Shown here: positions 24,818-37,075 of the stretch, in pieces | Numbering within the stretch: the first letter of the stretch is position 1 | How the letters are laid out: each line of letters starts with the position of its first letter | Assembly: GCA_965287045.1 (NCBI GenBank) | Contig: OZ336872.1 | Span: 98,270,001 to 98,334,000 of the forward strand | Origin: Carcharhinus amblyrhynchos | Taxonomy: Eukaryota | Length of the DNA: 64,000 nucleotides | Direction: 5' to 3' | Made by a program: the position numbers and the translations under genes | Notes under the pieces: generated by a model | What the model was told of the DNA's origin: nothing | The model's input: only the letters and a program-made list of their open reading frames with translations | The model's database searches: none

Positions 24818-25120
24818 TAAAGTTTATTTATTAGTCACAAGTAGGCTTACATTAACATTGCAATGAAGTTACTGTGAAAATCCCCTAGTCGCCACACTTC
24901 AGCACCTGTTCAGTTACACTGAGGGAGAATTTAGCATGGCCAATGCCCTAACCACCACGTCTTTCAAACTTTGGGAGGAAACCAAAGCATCTGGAGGAAA
25001 CCTATGTTAACATGGGGAGAATGTGCTGACTCTGCAGAGTGACCCAAGCCCAGAATTGAACCCGGGCTGCTGGTGCTGTAAGGCAGCAGTGCTAACTACT
25101 ACTATGCCACTGTGCTGCCC
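24818..25120 (-). mobile_element. Full-length tRNA-derived SINE with alternative tail
   Basis: Head ggcagcacagtggc...gttagcactgctgcc...gggttcaattc; tail ...gtgactaataaataaacttt. Confidence 0.88.
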
Positions 25121-27294
25121 TTCTGTGACTGTGACTTTTTTTTCTTTTAAAAGGTCTTTTTGGAAGACTTTGATTGTTATTAAAATAATGACTGGCTCCA
25201 TTATCCATCCAGACAGCTTAGTCCTTGCTCTTATCATGGAACCTGTTGACAAACTGATCAATTGATTCTTGTGGTGGTTTTCTGTAAACCATCAGCTCCA
25301 GTCAATGTATTCTGAAGTTCACCTTTATATGAAGTTACTCTTCCAGCATGTTTTCCCACAGCTTAACAGCATTGTCATTCTCCATAGAGAGGCCCCAAGT
25401 ATTCACTGTATTTGTAATGGCTTTCTTTACTTTCACCGCTTTTTTATCCGGTTCTGTAACAGATAAATCTACAAAGCATAATCCCATCCCTTGTTTAAAA
25501 AGTTTGAATAGGATTTCTGTTGCCTTCCACCTCATGTTGGGGAATTTAGTGGTCATCCTTTTAAAGTTCCCCATCTTTTACAGAACCCCACAACTTATGG
25601 CTTTACTCTGTCGAGATTCAGCAGCGCAGCTGCTTTTTAAATAATTTTTTGGCTGCTGTTCAGGTTTTTACTTTACTAAATCCAATGGTGCTATTCTCCC
25701 ATTTTGTGTTTTTTTGGCTTATGCATTGCAGTATAACTCAACAGATAGATCTGCTGAAGGAATTGAGCACCCTCCATTACTCAACAAAAGCTGCAACACC
25801 TTCACTATCTGTTGGTCACATTCCATTTGACATCGGTTCCTTGATGTGCATTATTTGTATATTCTCCTAAAGTGATATCTAAATAGGTAGAAGGCCTGCC
25901 TGGTTCTCGGGGACAGCAGCTCAACTTCCAGCATCATTCTTGTGTCCCATAGACCTCACCCACCACCCACTCTGTATACATCCATGCCCCTTTCCATAAC
26001 TACTCAGAGTATCTACTACGGGCAAACCTTTGGATATCTTTGAAACAGACACTTAAAAAAATTAACAATATAGTGGAGTTGTCATTCAAATACCCTTCAT
26101 ATTGAAAAAACTCATTCATAAAAGTCATTCAAAAAATTAAAGCCATATGGTCATTCTGTTGTTTTAAAAAAAGTCACCCATCACATCAAAGATATTCCTT
26201 TTATAATATCTTAAGAACTGTCAACAAAAATGTGAATGTTTTTAGCAAATGAACCTAGAGTGTTGAAACTCAGCCAACCATTCATAATGAACTCGAGTAT
26301 GATAAAAATCCTTGAAAATGTGAAATGTAGAGTCTATTAGAAAAACATTTTATTGAAAAGTAATCATGGTAGCCAGCGCCGAATTTTAATAATATTTAAG
26401 TCTGAAACTGAAGAAATGAATGACCTTTTTTCCTGCAACTAGAGCAGATATCTTATCAATTCGAAGTGATCTAGCAGCTGTTAGTTTTTTCCCCCCTTAA
26501 ATGCAAGCTGCTGAAGGTTTTTCAATTCGAGTCAGCTCTGGTATTTCAGTCACTTCAGATCATCACACCAGAGACTCCAAGCAATATTTTCTTCAGTTTT
26601 GAACGTACAGAAGCACTTACCGAATGAGAAAATTACTCCGATACATCTCAACACTTAATTACATTGACCAGCACTGTTTTTGTCTTTGCAGGACAAGCCC
26701 TTTAATCATTGTAGTTAAAACATTTAATGCAGTTGAAATATTGCAACACAAACTACAATATATGGTCTTTTTAGCACTTATCTATCAGAATGTTCCTGAC
26801 TCCTCAGCAGTACAAACTCTGTAACAAAGTTTTGTTTTTAGACCTTCCAAAACTCACACCATGTAAAATAGGTTGAATGTGTGGGGAGGGAGGATATTCA
26901 GATTTCCTCTCAGGTTTATAATGATGACCCTGACCTAAGGAGAGGTGTTGGTGAGCTCAAGAAAGCACATCAAATTAAATTAGAGCAAAAAACTCCAAGT
27001 TTTGTGTCATCACGCCCCCAGCCCTATCCCATTCCCACATCACCAGACAAAAATTCAGCCCCATTAGCAATGCCACAGGCAGTTGGCTAATAGAAAAATC
27101 ATGCTGTGTGGATTTATGTAGCATAATTTACTCCTATATATCCAGTGTAGATTTGTCATTTATATACAGAGAATACTGGTGATCCCTCAGACAGAATTTT
27201 ATAAACACCAGCCCAAAGGTTAAAAAAGTAACTACCATATTGGAGCATGATTTGTTGCTTTGGTTACATTTATAATGAGGTATGAAGGGAGGAA

Positions 27295-27469
27295 CAGTTA
27301 GAAGCCTCAGAACACCAGGCTAAAGTCCAATAGGTTTATGTGGAATCCTAAGCTTCAGGTGAGCAGCACTCCAAAAGTTTGTGATTCTAAATAAACCTGT
27401 TGAACTTTAACCTGTATGGTGAGACTTCTTACTGTGCCCACCCCAGTCCAATGGCTTCGTTTCCACATC
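27295..27469. mobile_element. Palindromic Penelope-type short element, internally deleted, with TSD
   Basis: Inverted arms caggctaaagtccaataggtttat / ataaacctgttgaactttaacctg; flanked by atgaagggaggaa (27282-27294) and ataaagggaggaa (27470-27482); homologous to 54768-54990. Confidence 0.75.
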
Positions 27470-27989
27470 ATAAAGGGAGGAAAAAAGAGGGAAAATAGTT
27501 GCACTTTGGGCAGCTTTTACTTAAAGATACCTGAATAGACATTGTGAGTATTGAAAGTTCTGACCTGTTCCTTGCTTGAGTTATGCCATGCATTTGAACA
27601 GTTGTCATATCCAGAGCAGGCACTTCTAAAGGAACGTTGGAAAGAAAAACATTTGTAAAGGTATAAAATGCTAAGGCAGAGAAATGGGTAAAGCATTGTC
27701 AATTACAATTGCCATAATGCTTATAATCAACTAGGCGTTTCAGGATAATGATCACAAATAGGAGCTAAGGTCAAGTTCTCATTCCTAATTGGTACGCTCA
27801 GGCTGATGGTGTATCTACCCTGTTGAACAAGTTCACTACACAAAGGGCAGTGAACCGAGGCCTTTTTTGGTCATGTTTAACGTTCCTTACTATTAATAGC
27901 ATTGTTGCTGTTGAGCATTTACATGATTTTTAGTGTTACTTAGTGTACAAACTTTTTCCAAACGTTTTAACGTGGGTCACGTTCTACAG

Positions 27990-28189
27990 GTTGGAGAGAA
28001 GCCACAGAACGCAGAAGACGGTTTGATTTTGATTACCGAGATCGAGATGATGAACGAGCTTACAGACGTGTGCGCTCTGGTAGTGGCAGTATGGATGATG
28101 AAAAGGACAGCTTGCCAGAATGGTGTCTGGAGGATGCAGAGGAGGAGATGGGAACGTTTGATTCTTCTGGAGCATTTATGTCCTTGAAG
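27990..28189 (+). CDS. GIGYF2: GIGYF2 internal exon with DDX6/Me31B-binding motif (LPEWCLED...GTFDSSGAF)
   Basis: CTACAG|GTTGG acceptor, AAG|GTTGGG donor, 200 nt, phase 1/0. Reads GWREATERRRRFDFDYRDRDDER...AFMSLK. Confidence 0.93.
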
Positions 28190-28744
28190 GTTGGGTAATT
28201 GTAATTTCTTAGATCTCTCTTAATTTGTGTAAGTCACTTTGTGAGGGAATTTGTCTAATGGTAGGTAACTTAATTTAACCATGTGTTTTCAAATCTACAT
28301 TTAATATTAACAGTGGCATCAGTTTCTATCTGAAACAATAGTGATTGACACCTCTCACCTTGATAATGAGTCCAAATCCTGCCCACACAAATGAAGTTGG
28401 AAATAGTCTTGGGTAAGCTTGCAGTGTGTACGGTAAAATGCTTTGATTTGATGGAAGTTCAGAAGGATCAATAAAACGACCAGTTGCAAAACAAAAGGTG
28501 TATATATAGTGTAATAATGTTAAGATTTTTGAGTCTGGAGCTGAGGGATGTTACCTGGTCAATGTTTGTTTAAAAAAGGATATGAATGATGTTAAGATGC
28601 CATCGCTGATTGGGAATATTTGTGACTGAGGCTGGAACATCTTTATTGTAATGGAGTTGGTTTGTTGAAATACTGCATAATTACTAATGGCTTTAAATAT
28701 GTGCTTATGGTATAGAAAGAAACAACTAATATGTTTTCTGACCT

Positions 28745-29110
28745 CCAGGTTTGTCAAAGTGCCTCACAGTCAAATGAGTGCTTGTGATCTGTAGTTACTG
28801 TATATTACAGGAAAATATGATGGCCAGTTTATGCACAGCAAAGTCAATGAAAAAGCCACAAAATTAAACCACTGGATATTCGGGTTTTAGCTATGTTGGT
28901 TGAGAATAAATGTTTGCCAGAACACCAGAACAATCCAGTTCTTGAAACAAGTACTATAGGATTTTTTTTACATCTGCTTGAATGAGAAGACAGGCCTTTG
29001 GGTGCACAACACTTTCTTAGTAATAGATTGAGGTGTCATTCGCGATTGACTTCTCAAGTGAAATGGGCTTGAAACCACAATCTTCTGATTATTGTGAGAG
29101 CACTGTTACT
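28745..29110 (-). mobile_element. Old DeuSINE-like (SacSINE1-type) element
   Basis: tRNA-like head 'gggcttgaaaccacaatcttctga'; resembles the reverse complement of 61750-62110. Confidence 0.55.
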
Positions 29111-29389
29111 GAACCAGTGTTGTTGAAGGTAGAGTTTATGAATCCTCATGACCTTTTACTCATTCATTGCATGCCCTCTTGTCGCATCTCCCACTGACCT
29201 CCACCAGCCTCCAAAACCAAACCCACCCCCTCTGAATTTTTATTCATTCTGGGGATGTTTGCACCATTACAAAGCTGACATTTACTACCTATCCCTGGTT
29301 GTTGGGGAGGTGGCAGTGGACTATCTTCTTGAACCATTGAAAACAATGGATAAAAGCATGTTTCAGAAGACAACTAAGTTATAAAAACA

Positions 29390-30112
29390 TAGAACAAGAA
29401 GCTGATTGTGGTCCAATTGGGTGAAATTAAAGAAAAAGAGGGAAATTGCTCTCAATTAAAGAGACAGCTGCAAGAACCAGATTTCAAATTGGTGAGGTGA
29501 GAAGCCAGAATTAAAAGGTAAATCAAAAGTTTGGTGACATCTTAATACTGCTCGTGAAGCAGTCATGTTCTGTTGACATGGCTGGGTATCTCAAAGATTG
29601 TGTGGAAGCTTGAATGCACAAGACAATCAAGACAGAGGAATAATGAAATAAATGATTGAAACCCTGGATGTGGATCCTTGGTGAAGGCACCTGAGAGGAA
29701 ATGTTGTTTGGGAGAAAATTCTAAAGTCTATTTTTTCGAGATTAGAGTTTGAATCCACAGAAGTTGAATTGGATGGCATATGTCACTTGGTTTCAGAATG
29801 TGGTGTATCTGACAACAGTTGGCCTTTTGGTTTACAGGAACTGTTTACATAGTCAGAACATTATTATATAAGATATGTTATGTAACTGGTGTTTTCCTTA
29901 AAAGTCTTTCTGTATATAGATGAAGGAGTAATGTATTACAGTCACTTTTTTTAGATTTAATAAATGGTTTATTCTTTTGTTAAAAGTTAATTGGCAGTCC
30001 TATGACTGTTCATCTACATCTCTTTAAAAAAAAACAAAACTATGGTCTATCGAGCCAGGTTACATTCTTAGACTTAATTGTCCAGCAGTAACATCAATTG
30101 GAATCGTGATAG
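29390..30112 (+). mobile_element. Possible degraded solo LTR
   Basis: Non-coding block with AATAAA at ~29959 and an end (atcaattggaatcgtgata) resembling LTR 3' termini; recognised by pattern only. Confidence 0.3.
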
Positions 30113-30599
30113 CGGTTTGAATGTAAGGCAGTTTCAGATGGAAGGTAAAAGTCAGCTACCAAGGTGTGGAACTGAAATTGCATAAAGGCCATGTTGGGTA
30201 AGGATGACAAGTTTTATTTCCTCAAGGCCATTGGTGAACCAGTTAGATCTTTACAACAATCTACTCATTTCTTAAAGTTGGGTTGGCAGGGTTTAGAATT
30301 GGATGGGAGACTTCTATTTTCCCTTGAGTCGTGAAATGGGATCTTTTATTCACCTGTGGAGATGGATGAGACCTCTATTTAACATCTCATTCAAAAATGG
30401 CACTTGAACTTGCTCAAATGTCATCCTAAATTATGTGCCATAGTCTAGACAAAGAATTGAACCCCTAAATCCCTTACTTTGAAAAATTGTGCTACAGCTG
30501 AAGTAAGGCTGACCCCTAAAGCGAGAATATGCATGTCAGAGGAATTGTATAATACTCCGCATTTTTTTGAATCTTTGCCCATCACCTAGAGGTTCCTGT

Positions 30600-30810
30600 C
30601 CAAGTCATTCATCATCTTGATTTGCAAATAGATAGCAGTTCGTTCACTGGAATCCTGGAATCGCTTTCCCAACAGCTGTGTGTGTACCTACCGCACCTTA
30701 GGAACTGCAGAGGTTCAAGAAGGCAGCTCGCCATCATCTTAAGGGCAGCTAAGGATGGGCAATAAATGCTGGTCTAGTCAGTGATGCCACATCCCATAAA
30801 TGAATTTCTT
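30600..30810 (+). mobile_element. LINE 3' end fragment
   Basis: tcctggaatcgctttcccaacagc...ggttcaagaaggcagctcgccatcatctt...gatgggcaataaatgctgg; reverse complement of 45310 and 55750. Confidence 0.7.
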
Positions 30811-30880
30811 AAATATACAATTCTGTCAAAGTTTAAATCTCTTACCTAACTATGCATCTTGTTTTTGATGCTGTTTATAG

Positions 30881-31025
30881 AAAGCTCCCAAGGAGCCTAT
30901 TCCAGAGGAACAGGAATTGGATTTTAAACAGATGGAGGATGGAGAGGAGAGATCAAATTCAGAGGACAGTGAGAAAGAAGAAGCCAAGGAGCCTGATAAG
31001 AAAACCAAGAACGAGGCTGTTGAAG
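30881..31025 (+). CDS. GIGYF2: GIGYF2 internal exon (KAPKEPIPEEQELDF...EAVE)
   Basis: TTATAG| acceptor, phase 0. The donor AAG|GTTTTT is weak but gives the phase 1 needed by the next exon. 145 nt. Confidence 0.85.
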
Positions 31026-31129
31026 GTTTTTAATCAGTCATTCTTCATCGAAAAATATTCTGAAGTTATAAATGCAAATTTCTCACCTCTGAGCTCCAGG
31101 TTTTATCAGACATGGTTACAAAGTACATA

Positions 31130-31900
31130 CAGTACACAAGCAGGCTATTTGGCCAACCAGTCCATCCTGGCATTTATTCTCCACTTTAATCCCCTGTCTT
31201 TCCTTATCTTTATACGTGAAATTCTAATATTCCTTGTCTATCTAGCCTTCCCTTATGTGTGCCTGGACAGTGATATTTGTCTCAACTATTTCCTGCAGTA
31301 ACCAGTTCCACATTCTTGATACTCTATGGATAGAATTCCCTATGTGATTTATTGGTGACCATCTTGTATAGTGGACTCTCATTTTGCTTTTCTGCAAAAG
31401 TGGAACCATTGTACTTAATTGTTTGAACTTCTTAATACTTCTAAAGACTTCTATTAGGTTACCCCTCAGTCCCCTTGTTTCAACAGAAGAGAGAGCCACC
31501 CTATTCAGTGTCTTCTGGTATAGATTTGCATAACAGGTACCATCTCTACAAACCTTTTTTGTACCCTCTCCAGTGTTTCCATATCCTTTCTACAATATAG
31601 TAACCAGAACTGACACTGTATATTAGGTAGTCTAGTCAAGGTTCAAAACAAGTTTAGTGTAGCCTTTCTACTTCGATTTCTATCTTTGAAAATAAATCAT
31701 CATAGTTGTTCAGCATTTTTCAGTGGCCTTACTAACTTGCCTTACTGCTTTGTGAACTATCTGTTTTGGCTGAAATTCCTTTGTTCCTGTGAATCACTTG
31801 GATTCCTATTTTCCAAATAAATCATGACCTCCTTCTTTTTCCTATCAAAATTCCTAAGTGTATTGAAATTAATTTGCTATTTATATTCACATTCAGAAAG
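31130..31900 (-). mobile_element. Degraded CR1 LINE (RT C-terminal region)
   Basis: RGLRGNLIEVF motif in minus-strand translation. Confidence 0.75.
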
Positions 31901-31949
31901 TTTATTGTCAGTTTTTTCTTGGACAGGCATAACAGACACATCTAAAGGA

Positions 31950-32237
31950 ATCATAGAAATATAGAACCCTATCAGTGCAGAAGGAGACCATTTGGCCCAT
32001 TGAGTCTGCACCACATCCCAACTAGGTCCTATCCCTTTAACCCCATGCATTTACCCTAGCTAGTCTCCCTGACACTAAGGGGCAATCTAGTATGCCCAAT
32101 CCACCTAGTGTGGGTGGAAACCACAGCAACCAGAGGAAACCCACGCAGACATAGGGAGAATGTGCAAGCTGGGAATTGAACTGGGTCCTTGCTGCTGTGA
32201 GGCAGCAGTGCTAACCATTGTGCCACCATGCTGTCCT
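31950..32237 (-). mobile_element. tRNA-derived SINE
   Basis: ggacagcatggtggcacaatggttagcactgctgcctcacagc head; CR1-like tail. Confidence 0.88.
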
Positions 32238-32951
32238 ACTGTAATGCCTTCAACTGTGGCATGGTAGGAAGGACATGGTTTATTCTTGTCAGTTACCCAC
32301 AAGTTTGTTTTCCAGTTTAACTTGTTTATTTGACACGTTTTCCTGTTATGTTTTCTGCTTTCTTTGAATCCCTCTCGCGAAGGCATTGAATTCTTGCTGA
32401 GATAGTTGTAGAAGTGCCTTCGCGCAGAAGTGACCTTTGCATGACCAGCAAGGCCAATTTGACCCTTAAGCAGGATCTACACATGCATGCTTCCAGTGTG
32501 GGTCTCTTGGGTACTGAGGCCAATTTGTCTGCACTTCTGCCTAATGTAAGTGAACTTGGCCCAGATTACATGGGCCCTCTCATATCTATGTGCCCATGCA
32601 AGCCATTGAATATTTTTTTCTGATTTATTAGAGAAATCTGTGATGAATTGATCTCACATTGAGCTGCAGTGTGAAAGCTTTTGACTATGCACTTTGTTCT
32701 AATTCCCCAGTGAAAGATGAAAATATTAAGGTCCATTCATCTTGCTTTGTCTAATGCACTTTCTAGAAGTTGGCTAAGGCTACATTAGATAAACCTTAAA
32801 TCAATCAGCTTAAAAATACATGGGGCAGAAAGGGGGGAAGAAGAACCATGCATATTTGTTCTACTTGAATTTAATTACTTGCTAAATTTAGTCACAGTGT
32901 AAGATTATCTATTACTTGTTATGCATTGATCAATATTTTATCATATTACAG

Positions 32952-33116
32952 AAACAAATAAAACAGAAGAATCCAAAGATGTTTCCTGTACAAATTCATC
33001 ACTGCCTCCTTCAGAGCCTCAGATATCAATGATTTCCAGCCCATCTAACAAGGAAGAAAGCATATCAGAAAAAACTGACAAAACTGAGGATGCACAACAG
33101 AGACCTGCCAGGGAAG
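32952..33116 (+). CDS. GIGYF2: GIGYF2 internal exon, low-complexity linker (ETNKTEESK...RPARE)
   Basis: TTACAG| acceptor, AAG|GTATGA donor, 165 nt, phase 1/1, open frame rich in S/E/K/T. Confidence 0.8.
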
Positions 33117-33282
33117 GTATGAATTTATTTACAATATCCAACTGACTAAAGCTGTTGAAGCATTAGAGCCTATGTAAAGTATGGCATTCATCCCACTATT
33201 CTATCTTTGAAAGAGAGTACCATAAGAAAACATATTTGAAATAATCCTTTTTCCCCACCATCTCATTTAATAATGTTTATTA

Positions 33283-33570
33283 TCGTTTATTTATTAGTCA
33301 CTAGTAGGCTTACAGTGACACTGCAATGAAGTTACTGTGAAAATCCCCTAGTCACCATATTCCGGTGCCTGTTCGGGTACACTGAGGGAGAATTTAGCAC
33401 GGCCAATGCACCTAACTAGCACATCTTTTGGATTGTGGGAGGAAACCAAAGCACCCAGAGGAAAAAAAACCATGCAGACAGAAGAGAACATGCAGACTCT
33501 GCACGGATAGTGATCCAAGTGGGAATCAAACTTGTGTCCCCGTGAGGCAGCATTGCTAATCACTGTGCCT
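33283..33570 (-). mobile_element. tRNA-derived SINE with alternative tail
   Basis: Homologous to 24818-25120. Confidence 0.85.
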
Positions 33571-34869
33571 CCCCAAAATGTGTGAGGGCCCATTCCTCAT
33601 TGGTATTAATCATTGGCATTAATTGAAGTACTACATTGGAGACCTGTCCTAATAGGAAGAAACATCCTCAATCTTTTTTGAGTCAGTTATTATCAATCTG
33701 GATAGGAATTGATTTAAAAATCTGGGATATAAATAGAAAAACAGTAATGCCATAGATAATACATATACACTCACACAGATCAGAAATGAGAATAGTCCAA
33801 AATTAAATATCCAAATATATACAAATCAGTCGTTGATTTGTCAGTGAAGAATAGATAGTGGAATGTTGCGGATGTTGCTATCTGTGATTCCATTGACGCT
33901 GGCTTCAAGTGAATGAATTGGTTTTGAGATTTGTGTTCTGCAATTTGGCTGAGAAGCAGTCCTGTTTCCTTTTTAGACAGTTTGTCGTTACCTGTAAAAC
34001 CTTTGCAGAGGTTTGCTGTGTCTTTCCTCCTGTGTCAACCCAAGGAACTGGTCATCTGGCATTAATCAACCATGATTATTCAGCTGGCTTTTATCCTAAA
34101 TCCCTGGAAGATGAAAATCCATAAACCGGCCTGGGATGTAGCCCTCACAATATTCTTCCTGCTGAGATGATAAACATCCATTATCTCCGCAGGAGATGAC
34201 AGTTTCTGTATGTTTTTTGTGCTGTTGATACCTTATCTGGAAAATGGGCATGATTCCATCGTCTTTCTCTTAGCATCACCCACTAGCAATTCAACCAGTG
34301 ACTGAATTTACATCCATTTTCCTTCCATCACCACGGTAATCTATCATTCTATATATTTATCTGTATCATCCTATCTGTGTAATGGAAAAGGCTTTACATT
34401 CGCTGAAGCTATTACTGGCTATGACTCACACAAGAAATTTCTAGCTTTCAGAAAACCACAGCAACCTCGTGACCTCTAAAGAGGTGCTAATGCTCCCTGT
34501 GGCTGCAAAAATCAAATTCCAAGGAAATGCAAAATGGCCCCATTACATTTCTGAGAAGCCCTGGCCAATGGGGCTGATATCTCTGTGAGGACAAAGGAAT
34601 CTCTGGTGAATTTATTCACCGGAGATTCTCTGGTGAATTTATTAATGGATGAAATGTTAACCATCTCGATAGTCCAGATCAAGGACATATATCCTTTTTT
34701 GAAACTAAGGGAAAGAAGTGGGCATTATATTACGTGCATCCCTGAAGCTCCTAGAACCTGTAATGTTGCCTTATGAAGTTAAAGGAGGCAGTCTGCTATC
34801 TTCATTCAACAAAAGAGCAGCAGAATCAGGCTGTGTCCAGATTTAAATCGCTTGGCACTTAAAAAAAAG

Positions 34870-35235
34870 CTTATTTTTTAGTCATTAACACTTTACATCA
34901 ACACTGCAATGAAGTTACTGTGAAATTCCCCTAGTTGCCACATTCCAACTAACCAGCACATCTTTCAGACAGTGGGAGGAAACCAGAGCACCCAGAGGAA
35001 ACCCAGGCAGACACAGTGAGAACGTTCAAAAATGTGCAGGTTAGGTGGATTGGCCATGATAAATTACCTCTTAGTGTCCAAAGATGTCTAAGTTAGGTGA
35101 TTTAGCCATGGTTAGTGTGCAGGATTACAGGGATAGGATGAGGGCTAGACCTGGATAAGCTGCTGTTTTGCAGAGTCGATGCAGATTCTCTCCTGATGGG
35201 CTGAATGGCCTCCTTCTGAACTGCAGGCATTCTGT
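34870..35235. mobile_element. Two headless SINEs joined head-to-head
   Basis: 34870-35029 minus strand with the alternative tail; 35030-35235 plus strand with the CR1-like tail. Confidence 0.75.
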
Positions 35236-35944
35236 GACACTGTATCAGTGTCTACTACAAGAATAATACATCTCCATATGCTTCTGCCATCATGGAAGTC
35301 AGTGCTATTTGAAAAGTGGACTCCCCTGTATCAACTTCAGTCTGCTCATCTCTCTGAATGGATATACTGTTAGAGTTTGATTCTGGACTCAGGAACTACG
35401 TGAAACTGTTCTTTTTTTGTCTGTGGTCTTTGCCCTGTACCTCTTTCTTTCTCTTATCCCTTTTATTGTGTAATTGCAATGAATGGGGGAAGTTACGAGT
35501 TTCTATTTTCAAAATAGAGTAAAATTGGAGGCTTAGTTTATTTTAATTGTCTTGAGGCTTTCTTCACTATAAAACTGAGGGATGGGGAAATCAAAAGCAA
35601 AAAAAACTTTCTATTTACAGATAGATGAAAGGGGAAATCTGAACTGTTTTAAACTCCCTCCTGTCTGTAACAGTGAATTCCTACTTTGCATTTCATACCT
35701 TGGTGCAAGACTATCTACTTGAAGAATGAATTATTTCCAGTTAAACCTTTTATTTATCTCCAACAGCTTTCATAGATACATAGAAAGTTATACACATATT
35801 GTAGTTGTAATCAGCCACTGGGATATTTTGTAATTTCAAATTTAGAACATTTTATATTTACCAAGGGATGAAATGCCCTTGTTTGAATTTAGTAACTTTG
35901 GCACGGACAGTCTATATTTAAATAAACTTACTTTTGTGTTCCAG

Positions 35945-36117
35945 TGGCAGATACCTCACCCTCTTCTCATCAAAGATCTTCAGTTCCCTCTATTAACAGC
36001 ACTACTACTAATGCTGCTACAGCTTCAGCATCTCCCTTGTCTACAGTTTCAGCAGTTGCAAAGCGGAGCATACCTCAGGATAATGATGATGATGAAGGGC
36101 TGAAGCACCTTGAACAG
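35945..36117 (+). CDS. GIGYF2: GIGYF2 internal exon (VADTSPSS...DDDEGLKHLEQ), GC donor
   Basis: TTCCAG| acceptor; ends at conserved EGLKHLEQ followed by CAG|GCATGT; 173 nt, phase 1/0. Confidence 0.88.
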
Positions 36118-36319
36118 GCATGTAATGGGAACAGTTAATTGTGAAATCACTCACACCACTCCTGCAATCATGAATCAAAATCATTGTCCAAAATTGAATT
36201 ATTTTCTCCTGTAGATCTCATATTGAAAATGAGCAGAATTCATCTAGTTCTCAGAATGGTAGAAATGTATATATTTAAATAAATAAAATGTATATATTTT
36301 TATATAATGTATTTATGTA

Positions 36320-37075
36320 GGTAAATACAAAGTGATGCATTTTGCTGATCTAATGCAGGGGGGAGCTATACAATAAATGGCGGAACTATCAGGAGTTTAG
36401 AGACACAGACGGATCTGGGTGTGCAAAGTCCCCAGATCCTCAAAGGTGGCAGTGGTGGTGGAGAAGGCATATGACATGCTTGCCTTTATTGGATGGGGCA
36501 TTGAGTATAAAAGTTGGCATGTGATGTTGCAGTTATATAGAACATTGTTAGGCCACATCTGGAATACTGCATCCAGTTCTGGTCGTCACACTACCAGAAG
36601 GACGTGGAGGCTTTGGAGAGAGTGCAGAAAAGCTTTACCAGGATGTTGCCTGGTATGGAGGGTATTAGCTATGAGGTGAGATTGAGTAAACTAGGGCTGA
36701 TCTCCCTGGAAAGACGGAGGTTGAGGGGTGACCTAATAGAAGTTTATAAAATTATGAAGGGCATAGATAGGGCGAACATTTGGTAGCTTTTTCCCAGGTC
36801 AGAAATGACAAACACAAGGGGTCACAGGTTCAAGGCGGGGCAAGGTTCAATACAGATATGCGGGGGACATATTTTACACACAGGATGGTGGGGCCTGGAA
36901 TGCAGTACCAAGTAAGGTGGTTGAGGCAGACATGCTAGGATCATTTAAGACTTATCTAGATAGCCACATGAAAGACTGGAATAAAGGGATACAAACGGAT
37001 GGTCTAGTTAGGAACGCATGATTGGTGCAGGCTTTGAGGGCCGAAGAGCTTGTTCCTGTGCTGTTTTGTTCTTTG
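36320..37075 (+). mobile_element. CR1 (HER1-like) LINE, 5'-truncated
   Basis: IEYKSWHVMLQLYRTL; ALERVQKSFTRMLPG...LERRRLRGDLIEVYKIMKG. Confidence 0.92.

Noticed and set aside
27960-27972. U12-type AT-AC intron explanation for the AC acceptor
   Set aside because: The upstream donor is GTATGG rather than RTATCCTT, and there is no clear TCCTTAAC branch site at the expected distance.
27933-28187. ORF-track translations at 27933-28187 and 30852-31301
   Set aside because: They overlap true GIGYF2 exons in the wrong frame; the correct frames are given in the features.
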